Below are positions 1 to 8,478 of a DNA stretch of 64,000 bases, piece after piece. Below the pieces are notes generated by a model, which was given only the letters and a program-made list of their open reading frames with translations, made no database searches and had not been told where the DNA came from. Made by a program: the position numbers and the translations under genes. This DNA is from a virus. Each line of letters begins with the position of its first letter. Within the stretch, counting starts at the first letter, position 1. The DNA lies in the IMG/VR virus record IMGVR_UViG_3300033144_003744, positions 22,904-86,903 of that record. The stretch is one strand, 5' to 3'.

Positions 1-348
1 ACTTAAATTATCTCTATGTTTTTTTGAAAATTTTTTGACCATGGCAGATTTACTCATTTTTTGTCTTGTTTCAATAGAAACCTTTCTATTGCTCATTTTT
101 TGTTTAAATTCTTTTGAGTGATTTTTCCCATAAAATGGATTATCTTTACCATATCTATGAATATTAAACATAGGGTTATTTTTTCCAGAGGTAGCACAGG
201 ATAAACATAAATCTTTATAACAATAAAAACTTAATATTCTTTCCTTTCCACAACCATTACATATAACAATAATTTTTTTATGTGATCCCTTTGTTAAACT
301 ATCAGATGTATAACCGAATTGTTCTAATGTTTTTTCTTCGTCTATCAT
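1..348 (-). CDS. NUMOD3-type homing endonuclease, N-terminal part (runs off the window)
   Basis: Manual translation from ATG 348: MIDEEKTLEQFGYTSDSLTKGSHKKIIVICNGCGKER...NPFYGKNHSKE...SIETRQKMS; paralogous to 32254 and 33706. Confidence 0.8.
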   Translation of the reverse strand, partial: MIDEEKTLEQFGYTSDSLTKGSHKKIIVICNGCGKERILSFYCYKDLCLSCATSGKNNPMFNIHRYGKDNPFYGKNHSKEFKQKMSNRKVSIETRQKMSKSAMVKKFSKKHRDNLS

Positions 349-349
349 C

Positions 350-643
350 TTATTTTCTTCTATCCATTAATGTTCCTCTATAATAAATATCAACGTCATT
401 AGTATCTATATCTACTGCAATTACATACTCAGTTTGATTTATATACCCATCTACGGCCACCTCAAAATCTGCTTCTTTATGTACATCTTCAAGATTAGAT
501 ACAAATCTACCTGTTTTTATATCAAGCATAAAATATTCATCCATCTTACGATATAAAACATCTTCCCGTGCATCATCTAATGATTTATTCATTCCATTAG
601 AATATACATCATCATTATGGGATACTATTATATAACCTATCAT
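350..643 (-). CDS. hypothetical protein
   Basis: 97 aa ORF, GGAG RBS, tightly packed with neighbours. Confidence 0.6.
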   Translation of the reverse strand: MIGYIIVSHNDDVYSNGMNKSLDDAREDVLYRKMDEYFMLDIKTGRFVSNLEDVHKEADFEVAVDGYINQTEYVIAVDIDTNDVDIYYRGTLMDRRK

Positions 644-837
644 TTTAATTCTCTCCGATAAATGTATATGTCACGTCACCATCTACACTCACCCATTTCT
701 CTGAAGATGCTATTTGTTCTAATGCAAGCATTTTTCTAAATATTGGACATACATCAGTTCCATTACATTTAAATGGTAGATTACCTGCTGATTGCAATCC
801 ACACAAACCTTCATGATTCATTCCACATTCAGTCATA

Positions 838-1227
838 TTAATCATCCATAAATTGTATATGTATATTATTAACTTTATGGCCATCATCAATTGTTAAATA
901 ATCACCCTCTATACTAACAATTACTTTATCACCATTATACTTGGTAACAACCAATGAATGTTTACCACAATCAAACCCATGAGTTACTTTTAATGGAAAT
1001 TCCTTTCTGAGTTTAATGGGTAAATCTGATATTTTAATATACCCACCTTCTATTCCAAATTCTATATCACCAGATAAAACATGAGTATCATTACAACATT
1101 CATTCATCTCATTATATTCATTACACATATCAGATAATAAATAATGATTATTTTCATATGGTATTGGAAATATAATTACATTTTTACAATTAGTACATCT
1201 TATATAACTAAAATCTTCAATTTTCAT
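838..1227 (-). CDS. hypothetical Cys-containing protein (CxxC...CC), similar pattern to 19727..19972
   Basis: CTNCKNVII...ECCND vs CLNCGNII...ECCDK; GGAG RBS. Confidence 0.55.
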   Translation of the reverse strand: MKIEDFSYIRCTNCKNVIIFPIPYENNHYLLSDMCNEYNEMNECCNDTHVLSGDIEFGIEGGYIKISDLPIKLRKEFPLKVTHGFDCGKHSLVVTKYNGDKVIVSIEGDYLTIDDGHKVNNIHIQFMDD

Positions 1228-1332
1228 TTAAATTACTCCTTTCTATTCTAACCATCTGATCATTATACTGTCTTGATCCTTCTTTCATACCATCTGTATT
1301 TTTATTCTTTCGTTCATCTTTCATTTTATCAC

Positions 1333-1893
1333 CTATAAGTATTTAAATGCTAATTCATTAATTTCTTTCATATTCTTACTGGTAAATACATTATGTTGTA
1401 TAGATTTATGTAAATGATGTGGCATAAAGATTATATGATATTTATTAATATGATGTGCGTCCCATCCTTCTTGCCATTCATTTAGCATTTCAGAACCTAA
1501 CTCCCTACGTCTGGCGGCCGATCGCCTTCTCGATTCATTATGTTTTCTTAGGTTCTCTTTATGCCATTCTTCTGAAGTTCTGATTACACTGCCGTTTTTC
1601 CTATATTTCTTTTCACATTCTTTGCACTGTGTTGACAAACCGTCTGGTTTGTATTTATTATTACAAAATTGAGAAGAAGATTTTAATTCTTTACAAGTGG
1701 GGCATATTTTTTCTTTTACATAAATTTTTTTCTTATCTTTATTCTTTAAGTTCCTTCTGTGGTCATCTTCCTTTCTACAAGCTTTACATATATATTGTTG
1801 GAAGTTTCCTCTCTTGTGAAACTCAGATTTAGGTTTTATTTCATGACATCTATTACATTCTTTCATAATATGCCCTACATTAAATTTTACCAA
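1333..1893 (-). CDS. His-Me finger (HNH-like) homing endonuclease with two Zn-finger repeats
   Basis: CNRCHEIKPKSEF/CPTCKELKSSSQF repeats; C-terminal HHINKYHIIFMPHHLHKSIQH...INELAFKYL. Confidence 0.8.
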   Translation of the reverse strand: MVKFNVGHIMKECNRCHEIKPKSEFHKRGNFQQYICKACRKEDDHRRNLKNKDKKKIYVKEKICPTCKELKSSSQFCNNKYKPDGLSTQCKECEKKYRKNGSVIRTSEEWHKENLRKHNESRRRSAARRRELGSEMLNEWQEGWDAHHINKYHIIFMPHHLHKSIQHNVFTSKNMKEINELAFKYL

Positions 1894-2246
1894 TCTAGCC
1901 CTTGAGATATTTTATTTACTATGTGTTTCATATTTTCACAATCAGTTACAATTTCTTTTAGTATTTTATTTCTTTCTGTTTTTTGATAAGTTCCCATATA
2001 TAATGAATGTCCAATCATAGCCATATTATGTGTTTTAATTTTCAATTCTTCATTATCACATTTTAGATGAAATATTGTATTATTATATTTTAAATAATAT
2101 CTCAATGTAGACATCCCATGTGAAAAATTACCATATGTTTGTAAATCATCAGAACATCTTATTATTATATTATAATAATCTATTAAATTTTGATATGAAT
2201 TACCATAACTTAATATGCGTTTTTGGTCATTTTCTCCAACTAACAT
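1887..2246 (-). CDS. hypothetical protein
   Basis: 119 aa ORF overlapping the downstream gene. Confidence 0.55.
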   Translation of the reverse strand: MLVGENDQKRILSYGNSYQNLIDYYNIIIRCSDDLQTYGNFSHGMSTLRYYLKYNNTIFHLKCDNEELKIKTHNMAMIGHSLYMGTYQKTERNKILKEIVTDCENMKHIVNKISQGLDW

Positions 2247-2604
2247 TATTTTCTACCTCAATTTATTATTATTTATTTAGAACTAGCACTTATACATCAT
2301 TATTATCTAAATCGCAACCACTATTTTCAAATGCTCCTACAAGATACACTATAAAAACACTTATTAATGCCATGAACATAGCATTTTGAAGAAGTTGTAT
2401 AAAAAAGAATATAGATATAACAAATTGCAGAATATTAATCTTTGTATTCCATTTCATTATGTTATCTCATATAATTATCTTGTCATTTTTATTCTCACCG
2501 TATTCTTTATTCAAACATTTTCTACATAAATTAGTTTCAATATTCAAATGTAATGTGGTTCTTTCACATCTCTTGCATTTACCATTTGTGTATTTCATTT
2601 TTTA

Positions 2605-2802
2605 TTACCTCCAATCTAACAGAATAATTACATTATTATATGTTTTGTATTCCAGTGCATTTTTATTTTTCATATATACACCTCTACCCAATTTTTTCAT
2701 TACTCTTAATGTCATATCTGTTATACTAGCACGTATAAACGTATATCCATATTCTGGATGTATTGTTACATATGCATTTGGTATATTTATGAATCCTTTC
2801 AT
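2605..2802 (-). CDS. hypothetical protein downstream of a structured RNA leader
   Basis: 65 aa ORF with GGAG RBS. Confidence 0.55.
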   Translation of the reverse strand: MKGFINIPNAYVTIHPEYGYTFIRASITDMTLRVMKKLGRGVYMKNKNALEYKTYNNVIILLDWR

Positions 2803-2825
2803 ATTTATTCTCCATTTAAATTAAA

Positions 2826-3000
2826 GCTGATGGTCGGTATTGCACCAGACATATATCTATTTCACCAGCAATTTCTAGCCCGAAGGCTTTGTTCTATTCT
2901 GCTTATACATGGTATATCATTCGGCTTTACACATCGCCTTTCGAGGATTGTGTCGCAGTCGTCAAACCATCCACAAAGGGTCTCTACAACCCCTGTTTCA
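2826..3000 (-). ncRNA. putative structured RNA or leader ending in a tRNA-like acceptor/T-arm minihelix
   Basis: GC-rich island with stems AGCC-UUCG-GGCU and ACAC..CU-CGAA-AG..GUGU, then GCUGGUG/CAUCAGC plus a T-arm with loop UGCAAUA; upstream TATA box at about 3025-3032. Confidence 0.55.
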
Positions 3001-3002
3001 TT

Positions 3003-3032
3003 ATACACTTAATATGTGCTTATCGTATATAT
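3003..3032 (-). promoter_or_regulatory. archaeal TATA promoter with a 26-bp element shared with 25295-25320
   Basis: TATATATACGATAAGCACATATTAAGTGTAT on the minus strand; 25/26 match to 25295-25320. Confidence 0.65.
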
Positions 3033-3083
3033 AGATATTCATTAGAAATATTTATATACTTAAATCAAACATATTATACTAAT

Positions 3084-3458
3084 ATGATTAGATGTAATTT
3101 CTGCCAAAATAGTTACGAAGAATGTGAAATTGATAACCTTTTTCTCGACTTTTCTACTTCTAATAATGATCCTTCTAATATGGTTAGAGCCTGTATGAAT
3201 TGTATAAAGGCATTCAAATTGAAGAGAGCTATTACGGCTATTAAAGCATTAAGAGAACTCGGATTTATCACTGATAATAAAGCAGAATGGAGATATAACA
3301 ACAAACTAGTTCGTAGTGAGCTTACTAATGTTCAAGAATTAAAAGTTATAAATTCTCAATTAGAACAACAGGTTCATGATTTAGAAAATTATATCTCCAT
3401 GCTTGAAAAACATGATTTTAAAATACCACAACTATCTACAAAAATAACCGGTGTTTAG
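3084..3458 (+). CDS. Zn-finger plus coiled-coil protein (start corrected to ATG 3084)
   Basis: MIRCNFC...ACMNC then heptad coil; TTTATATACTTAA box at 3051 fits a near-leaderless start. Confidence 0.6.
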   Translation: MIRCNFCQNSYEECEIDNLFLDFSTSNNDPSNMVRACMNCIKAFKLKRAITAIKALRELGFITDNKAEWRYNNKLVRSELTNVQELKVINSQLEQQVHDLENYISMLEKHDFKIPQLSTKITGV

Positions 3459-3459
3459 A

Positions 3460-4035
3460 ATGAAAACAAAATCATTTACATTATTTAGTTGTGTAAAAAA
3501 TAATAATTATGTAAGTGTTGTTATTTCAATTAAAGAAAATGGGACATTTGCTAGTAAAAATTCAATTAAATTTACAAATTATAAGGGTAAAAAAGAATAT
3601 GATAAACAATATAGATTAAATAATGCACACAAAAGAAAACAATATTATAATAATAATAGAAAAATAATATTAAATAATAAAATAAAATATTATAAAATTA
3701 ATAAAGAAAAAATACTAAATAATGCTAAAAAATACTATATAAATAATAAAGAAAAAATACTTGAAAGGGCAAAACAATATTATAAAAGTACTCCAAATAA
3801 ACATAAATTGTGGGCAAGAAGAAAAAATGCAAAACGTAAAGGATGGGGTATAAATCCAATAAATGAACCATTTGAAAATTGTCATTTTCATCATTTACAT
3901 ATAAATGGAGATCATAGTATAGGCATTTATATTCCAATGGATTTACATAAAGGTATATATCATAGTTATAAAAATGAAGAGAGTATGGAAAAGATTAATA
4001 AAATAGCAATGGATTGGTATGATTTAAATGAGTAA
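3460..4035 (+). CDS. His-Me finger (HNH-like) homing endonuclease
   Basis: K/Y-rich repeats then HFHHLHINGDHSIGIYIPMDLHKGIYH...INKIAMDW. Confidence 0.8.
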   Translation: MKTKSFTLFSCVKNNNYVSVVISIKENGTFASKNSIKFTNYKGKKEYDKQYRLNNAHKRKQYYNNNRKIILNNKIKYYKINKEKILNNAKKYYINNKEKILERAKQYYKSTPNKHKLWARRKNAKRKGWGINPINEPFENCHFHHLHINGDHSIGIYIPMDLHKGIYHSYKNEESMEKINKIAMDWYDLNE

Positions 4036-4300
4036 ATATAAACAACTAGTAGGAACATGTCCAGAATGTTCTGAAACAACGATGTTCGACGAGAGATCAG
4101 AAATAATATGTCAGGGCTGTGGACTGGTTATATTCCGACCAGGAAATGATCAGGTAGCTGTATATGTGGGTAACAATACCCCTTTAGTATATGAAAAAGA
4201 AGATTTTAAAATTCCGCATAATATGCATATCTCATCCGTAGCTGAGAGAATAGGATTAGCGATGATTGAACTAAAATATAATAGGGCTGATTTATTCTAA
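4028..4300 (+). CDS. TFIIB-type zinc ribbon protein
   Basis: CPECSETTMFDERSEIICQGCGLVI matches the TFB/TFIIB N-terminal ribbon pattern. Confidence 0.7.
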   Translation: MSKYKQLVGTCPECSETTMFDERSEIICQGCGLVIFRPGNDQVAVYVGNNTPLVYEKEDFKIPHNMHISSVAERIGLAMIELKYNRADLF

Positions 4301-4497
4301 TCAACCCACTCGTATCCCATTATTTTATCTGTAAATTTTAATAATAAACAAAACTCATATTGGTATACTAGAAAATTATCATATATTTCTAAATGTTCTA
4401 TTTTATTATCTTCTAATATTATACACCCAATAGGAATATCATCTATTACAATCTCTTCTCTTTTTCTCTCTATTATTTTAGTATCCATTATTTGCAC
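4297..4497 (-). CDS. hypothetical protein
   Basis: ORF overlapping the LAGLIDADG-like gene, last gene of the leftward unit. Confidence 0.5.
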   Translation of the reverse strand: MQIMDTKIIERKREEIVIDDIPIGCIILEDNKIEHLEIYDNFLVYQYEFCLLLKFTDKIMGYEWVD

Positions 4498-4885
4498 ACT
4501 TCATATCATTCTTAATTTTCTTTATTTTATTTATACCCTCAATATGATGATGCTGTTCACATGATATTTCTTCTACAATTCTTTCAAATTGTTTAAATTG
4601 AAATTTTCTACTTCCAGAACAGAACCCATTATAATTTGTAATAAATTCATTAAATCTTAATATATTATTGAGTCCATTAATAATCAATTTATTATCCTTT
4701 ACTTTAGATTTTATATCTAGACCTTGTAAGGTCTTAACAATATCAGATATTAATTCTTCTTCTTTTGATACTAGAATGAAACCAATTCCGACTGCATGGC
4801 CAGAACCGTATTTTTCATTCTTAGTAATATTTACTTGAAAGGAACCTGCTATTTCTATAAGTCCCAATAGCCTAATCGGTTCCAT
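4478..4885 (-). CDS. single-motif LAGLIDADG-like protein, probably catalytically degenerate
   Basis: LLGLIEIAGSFQVNI motif; C-terminal HHHIEGINKIKKIKNDM. Confidence 0.65.
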   Translation of the reverse strand: MEPIRLLGLIEIAGSFQVNITKNEKYGSGHAVGIGFILVSKEEELISDIVKTLQGLDIKSKVKDNKLIINGLNNILRFNEFITNYNGFCSGSRKFQFKQFERIVEEISCEQHHHIEGINKIKKIKNDMKCANNGY

Positions 4886-5468
4886 AGTACTTCTCCATTA
4901 TCAAGTTCTGCATATTTTCTGGACTATTAAGAAAATCATTACTATCTTGTACCTCATCCCACAAAGAATCTGTACCATTTTCTGGTTTAACAGATTCTAC
5001 TTTCATTTGTTCCTTTGGAACTATAATATTATCATACTTATCTAGAGAATCAATTACATTAATACTAGCATTGATCCTACAGCCACAAGGTGTTGTTACC
5101 CTAGCATTACTATCTGTGTACTGACCATCACATATTAGAAGGCAGTAGTCTCTGTTGTTAAGTAATGTATTCCTATCCGGTCCAGAAAATGTCCTACATC
5201 CATTTGGATGTGAATGTATTAGGCAATTAAATTTTAATGGTATTACTTCGTTAAAACGTACTTGAACTGAAGTGTTTTCCTGATCTGGTATGTATAAATC
5301 TACTAATTCGTTATCTTCAACAATGCCATAAATTGCTATCTCAATTCCGTGTCGTAACCCATAACGATAAACATCAAAGATTTCTTTATCTAATTCTTCT
5401 GGTATAAATAATTCATACTCTTGATGTGGGCAGTTATCATGTATGTTTTCTTCTAATTTCCAAGTCAT
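4872..5468 (-). CDS. JAB/MPN+ (JAMM) metallopeptidase
   Basis: E(IAIYG)...IHSHPNGCRTFSGPD = E..HxH-x7-S-x2-D. Confidence 0.88.
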   Translation of the reverse strand: MTWKLEENIHDNCPHQEYELFIPEELDKEIFDVYRYGLRHGIEIAIYGIVEDNELVDLYIPDQENTSVQVRFNEVIPLKFNCLIHSHPNGCRTFSGPDRNTLLNNRDYCLLICDGQYTDSNARVTTPCGCRINASINVIDSLDKYDNIIVPKEQMKVESVKPENGTDSLWDEVQDSNDFLNSPENMQNLIMEKYYGTD

Positions 5469-6058
5469 TATTTTATCCTCCTGATATCAAATGAAACACT
5501 TACTTTTTCTTCTGTTCCTGATGTAACTAAACCCATAGCGTGTGCAGCTACCATTGTTACTGTGGGAGCACATATTCCAGTGTATGAACTTACATCACTG
5601 ATGTTCCAGGTTGTAGATTTGGGAATCTTATTTGTAATACTATATCTTGTCTCATTAGCCCCAAGTGTCCAGATTGGCTTCTTATCAGCATGTTGCTGTA
5701 TAGGTACTTTCATGGGATAATCTATACAATTCATTATTATTCCATTCATCTGAAACACATCATCTGGGTCTTCTATAAATGGATGTTCTATAACTTTCAA
5801 TGATCTAAACCTTCTCAATGCTTCTGAACATAATTTAGTCTTCTCTTCTCCTTCTGACCATGCAGGATATGGTAGACGATTCCTATTGTGGTACTCTAAG
5901 GTGTCTCTATCATAAATATGAATCTTGGGTACACCTAAAAGAGCAGCATTATATGCAACCCAGGTTCCTACTCCACCAACTCCCAGTATGTGAATCTCTT
6001 CTGGAATAAAAAGATTCATTGATTCTTGACGATTATACACTCCAAGTTTTTCGCTCAT
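5468..6058 (-). CDS. ThiF/MoeB-family E1-like adenylating enzyme
   Basis: YNRQ, ILGVGGVG, IYDRDTLEYHNRNRL, conserved K, NCID; no Zn-binding CxxC pairs; start moved to MSEK. Confidence 0.88.
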   Translation of the reverse strand: MSEKLGVYNRQESMNLFIPEEIHILGVGGVGTWVAYNAALLGVPKIHIYDRDTLEYHNRNRLPYPAWSEGEEKTKLCSEALRRFRSLKVIEHPFIEDPDDVFQMNGIIMNCIDYPMKVPIQQHADKKPIWTLGANETRYSITNKIPKSTTWNISDVSSYTGICAPTVTMVAAHAMGLVTSGTEEKVSVSFDIRRIK

Positions 6059-6716
6059 GTGACACACCTCTCTCTTCTTGTGATTTGATTATTTTTCGTA
6101 CTTGATTCTGTAATGTTCTGTATGGATATTGTCTATGATACGGTGAATCTAAATTTGCAATACTTACATGTTGTTTTATCCTAGACACCATAAACTCATC
6201 CACTTTATCTATGTTTAAATTACCAGTACATAATGATCCACAATCAGTACCATCTTGATGAATGTAATTATGAAGTTCCCCATAATATCTAACTGCATTA
6301 CCAGATTCTTTATCAACAGTTATTTTTATAAGACCATGTACATATATTTTTTTAAGATCATCTGGAATAGAATACTTTGTTCCATAACGAACTATAGTTT
6401 TTATTTGTTCATAAATATAAACACTATACTCAATATATCCTTCTGTGATAATATATGGTATTGTTGAATCTTCCATGTTTACAATATGTTCACTGGAGTT
6501 TTTTATATTGTTTAGTTCATATTTCTTTTCATTAATTTTATTATCTAACTTATTAATTTCACTTCCTTGATTCTGCAAAAATACATTAATGGTTCTATTT
6601 AAGTTAGATATATCAGCTAATTCTGTTCTAAATCCATCAATAAAATTAATAAATTTACTCCTTCTATCTTCAATAGAATTCATAAAATTTACAATATCAG
6701 TATCTATTCCATTCAT
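6033..6716 (-). CDS. coiled coil plus E2/UBC-like domain protein
   Basis: HNYIHQDGTDCGSLCTG resembles the E2 HPN..G.(I/L)C motif; downstream ANLDSPY resembles E2 PN.xSP; lies between Ubl and E1. Confidence 0.62.
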   Translation of the reverse strand: MNGIDTDIVNFMNSIEDRRSKFINFIDGFRTELADISNLNRTINVFLQNQGSEINKLDNKINEKKYELNNIKNSSEHIVNMEDSTIPYIITEGYIEYSVYIYEQIKTIVRYGTKYSIPDDLKKIYVHGLIKITVDKESGNAVRYYGELHNYIHQDGTDCGSLCTGNLNIDKVDEFMVSRIKQHVSIANLDSPYHRQYPYRTLQNQVRKIIKSQEERGVSHERKTWSV

Positions 6717-6750
6717 AATCTATCCTCCCGTTAAAAAATATATTGGGTGA

Positions 6751-6978
6751 TTAAACCCAACTAGGCTTCTCTGATGTTTCAATTACAATTTCATACCAAT
6801 CTGTACCAAGATCTCTAGCTTCATCTTTATCTAATTCGTCCCCATCTATATATACATCAAAACTATTAATACAATTAGCCTTTGCTATATCATATATTGT
6901 TTCATATGCTGTCTTGTCATCAAAATCTGTTCCCGTTATAATTCCATTTACTGTTACTTTCTTAAAATCTATTTCCAT
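6751..6978 (-). CDS. ubiquitin-like (beta-grasp) small protein
   Basis: 75 aa; VTVNG..helix (IYDIAKAN)..FDVYIDGDEL..EIVIETSEKPS pattern; first gene of the E2-E1-JAB operon. Confidence 0.65.
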   Translation of the reverse strand: MEIDFKKVTVNGIITGTDFDDKTAYETIYDIAKANCINSFDVYIDGDELDKDEARDLGTDWYEIVIETSEKPSWV

Positions 6979-7014
6979 TTACTTATGCTCCTTTAATTAG
7001 GGATAATTCCCAAG

Positions 7015-7053
7015 GGTAGGCATGGAGTTGCACCATGCTAACTCTACTCTACC
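7015..7053 (-). ncRNA. tRNA-like minihelix (acceptor plus T-arm) in the 5' leader of the Ubl operon
   Basis: GGUAG-N10-GCAUGG-UGCAACU-CCAUGC-CUACC; TTAAATA box at about 7070-7076 places it at the transcript start. Confidence 0.6.
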
Positions 7054-7088
7054 TATATGCGACTGATTATATTTAAGTCTTGGGTTAA

Positions 7089-7463
7089 TTATCCAACTAC
7101 TTCATGACTAACAGATTCACCATTAACTAAAACTTCAACCTTTGGTACATCTGTCATGTCTAATACACTAGCATATCTTGTTTCCCAGAAAATTATGGTA
7201 CTATTTATAAAATGTTGATTATCACTTTCAATAATCAAAACATCTCCATCATATGTTGACCATCTGTTTGTGGCTTTATACCTTTTCTGAAAGTGGGTTT
7301 CAATTTTATTACCATATCCATCTGTCCAAGAATTATTATACCAATCTGTAAATCCATGTCTTGTTCTTATTTCCTTAAAACCATTCTTGTTCTTATGATA
7401 TAAATTTTGAGGTATCATTACTAACAATTTATGTGTTATTTCTGTGTCTATTTCTAAAATCAT
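7089..7463 (-). CDS. hypothetical protein
   Basis: 124 aa ORF, GGAG RBS. Confidence 0.55.
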   Translation of the reverse strand: MILEIDTEITHKLLVMIPQNLYHKNKNGFKEIRTRHGFTDWYNNSWTDGYGNKIETHFQKRYKATNRWSTYDGDVLIIESDNQHFINSTIIFWETRYASVLDMTDVPKVEVLVNGESVSHEVVG

Positions 7464-7467
7464 ATTC

Positions 7468-7668
7468 TTATTCTCCTTCCCTTATATTATTCTTTTTACA
7501 TGTAACTATTAAATATGCAACCCATATTAATATTATTTGTTCAATAGCACTACCTAAATGTATTAGATAATTAGCGAATATTACTAAAAATATTACTAAT
7601 GTAAATTCTACTATAATCTGTATTATTTTATTAATCATACTATATCCTCCGTTTATCCTATAAAACAT
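7468..7668 (-). CDS. small two-TM membrane protein
   Basis: two hydrophobic stretches; true start probably the internal MINK. Confidence 0.5.
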   Translation of the reverse strand: MFYRINGGYSMINKIIQIIVEFTLVIFLVIFANYLIHLGSAIEQIILIWVAYLIVTCKKNNIREGE

Positions 7669-7763
7669 TTTATCAAAATTGCCATAATTATAGTCATAAC
7701 CACGGCAAAAGTTACAAATTTATTTGATGCTGGTTGTGATAAATATTTCATTTTAACCTCTTT

Positions 7764-8294
7764 TTATTCTATTTTATTCCCTTTCTCTTGATTACAATGT
7801 ACACACATTGTTTGATAGTTGGACATTATATCCTTACCACCTTTACTCTTTGGGATTATGTGGTCTTTTGTCATCAGAACCTCTTTACCATCTTTAAGTG
7901 CATATAAATTAAAATGTGGTTTATCACTACCCGTAGATTCTATTGTAAAATATTGACCTTCAATGCCGCATTTAACACATACATGACTTCTAAAGAATAA
8001 TTTTAAATTATCTCTATTCATATTTATTGTATGTCCATTGAAATCTACTCTACATTCACCACACATGACTTTATCTAATACTTCATTTAAGGGGTAAACT
8101 CCAATTCTACCCATGGGTTCATCCATTCTTCCAACAGATTTAAAACCCATGTTAAATCCACGGATAAACATATCTTTATCCTTTACTCTTGGTATTTGAC
8201 CATAAGCTTTAATATATCCTTTCTCAAATTCTTTTAGAGCTTTAGTTCTTTTCTTCTTCTGTATGGTTCTAATATGTCCGCTACTTCTTTTCAT
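7764..8294 (-). CDS. HNH endonuclease
   Basis: CVKCG...MTKDHIIPKSKGGKDIMSNYQTMCVHCNQEKG. Confidence 0.88.
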   Translation of the reverse strand: MKRSSGHIRTIQKKKRTKALKEFEKGYIKAYGQIPRVKDKDMFIRGFNMGFKSVGRMDEPMGRIGVYPLNEVLDKVMCGECRVDFNGHTINMNRDNLKLFFRSHVCVKCGIEGQYFTIESTGSDKPHFNLYALKDGKEVLMTKDHIIPKSKGGKDIMSNYQTMCVHCNQEKGNKIE

Positions 8295-8478
8295 GTTGTG
8301 TCCACCTTTGTTTAGTTATCTTCCCATAATGTCAAACACAAATCATCATAATCACTACCACCTGTTATTGTATATTCTATTCCATCCTTATTTATTTTAA
8401 TAGATTTAAAAACATGGTCTACTATCTCTATACTTGTTATTTTGGCACCTATCAGTTTATTCATATTTATACCCCTCT

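Noticed and set aside
2915-2960. Resemblance of ACACAAUCCUCGAAAGGCGAUGUGUAAAGCC to a c-di-GMP-I riboswitch
   Set aside because: The GGCAAA/GCAAAGC core and the second hairpin do not match; kept only as an unclassified structured RNA.
2889-3083. N-terminal 65 codons of the ORF-track call 2889..3458
   Set aside because: They overlap divergent promoters and the structured RNA; the ATG at 3084 fits the TATA box.
5468-6058. ThiF gene as part of thiamine/molybdopterin or RiPP biosynthesis
   Set aside because: No ThiG, MoaE, YcaO or precursor-peptide genes nearby; the neighbours are JAB, E2-like and Ubl.
2826-7053. Canonical tRNA genes at the two T-loop elements
   Set aside because: Both lack D and anticodon arms, so they are reported as minihelices.
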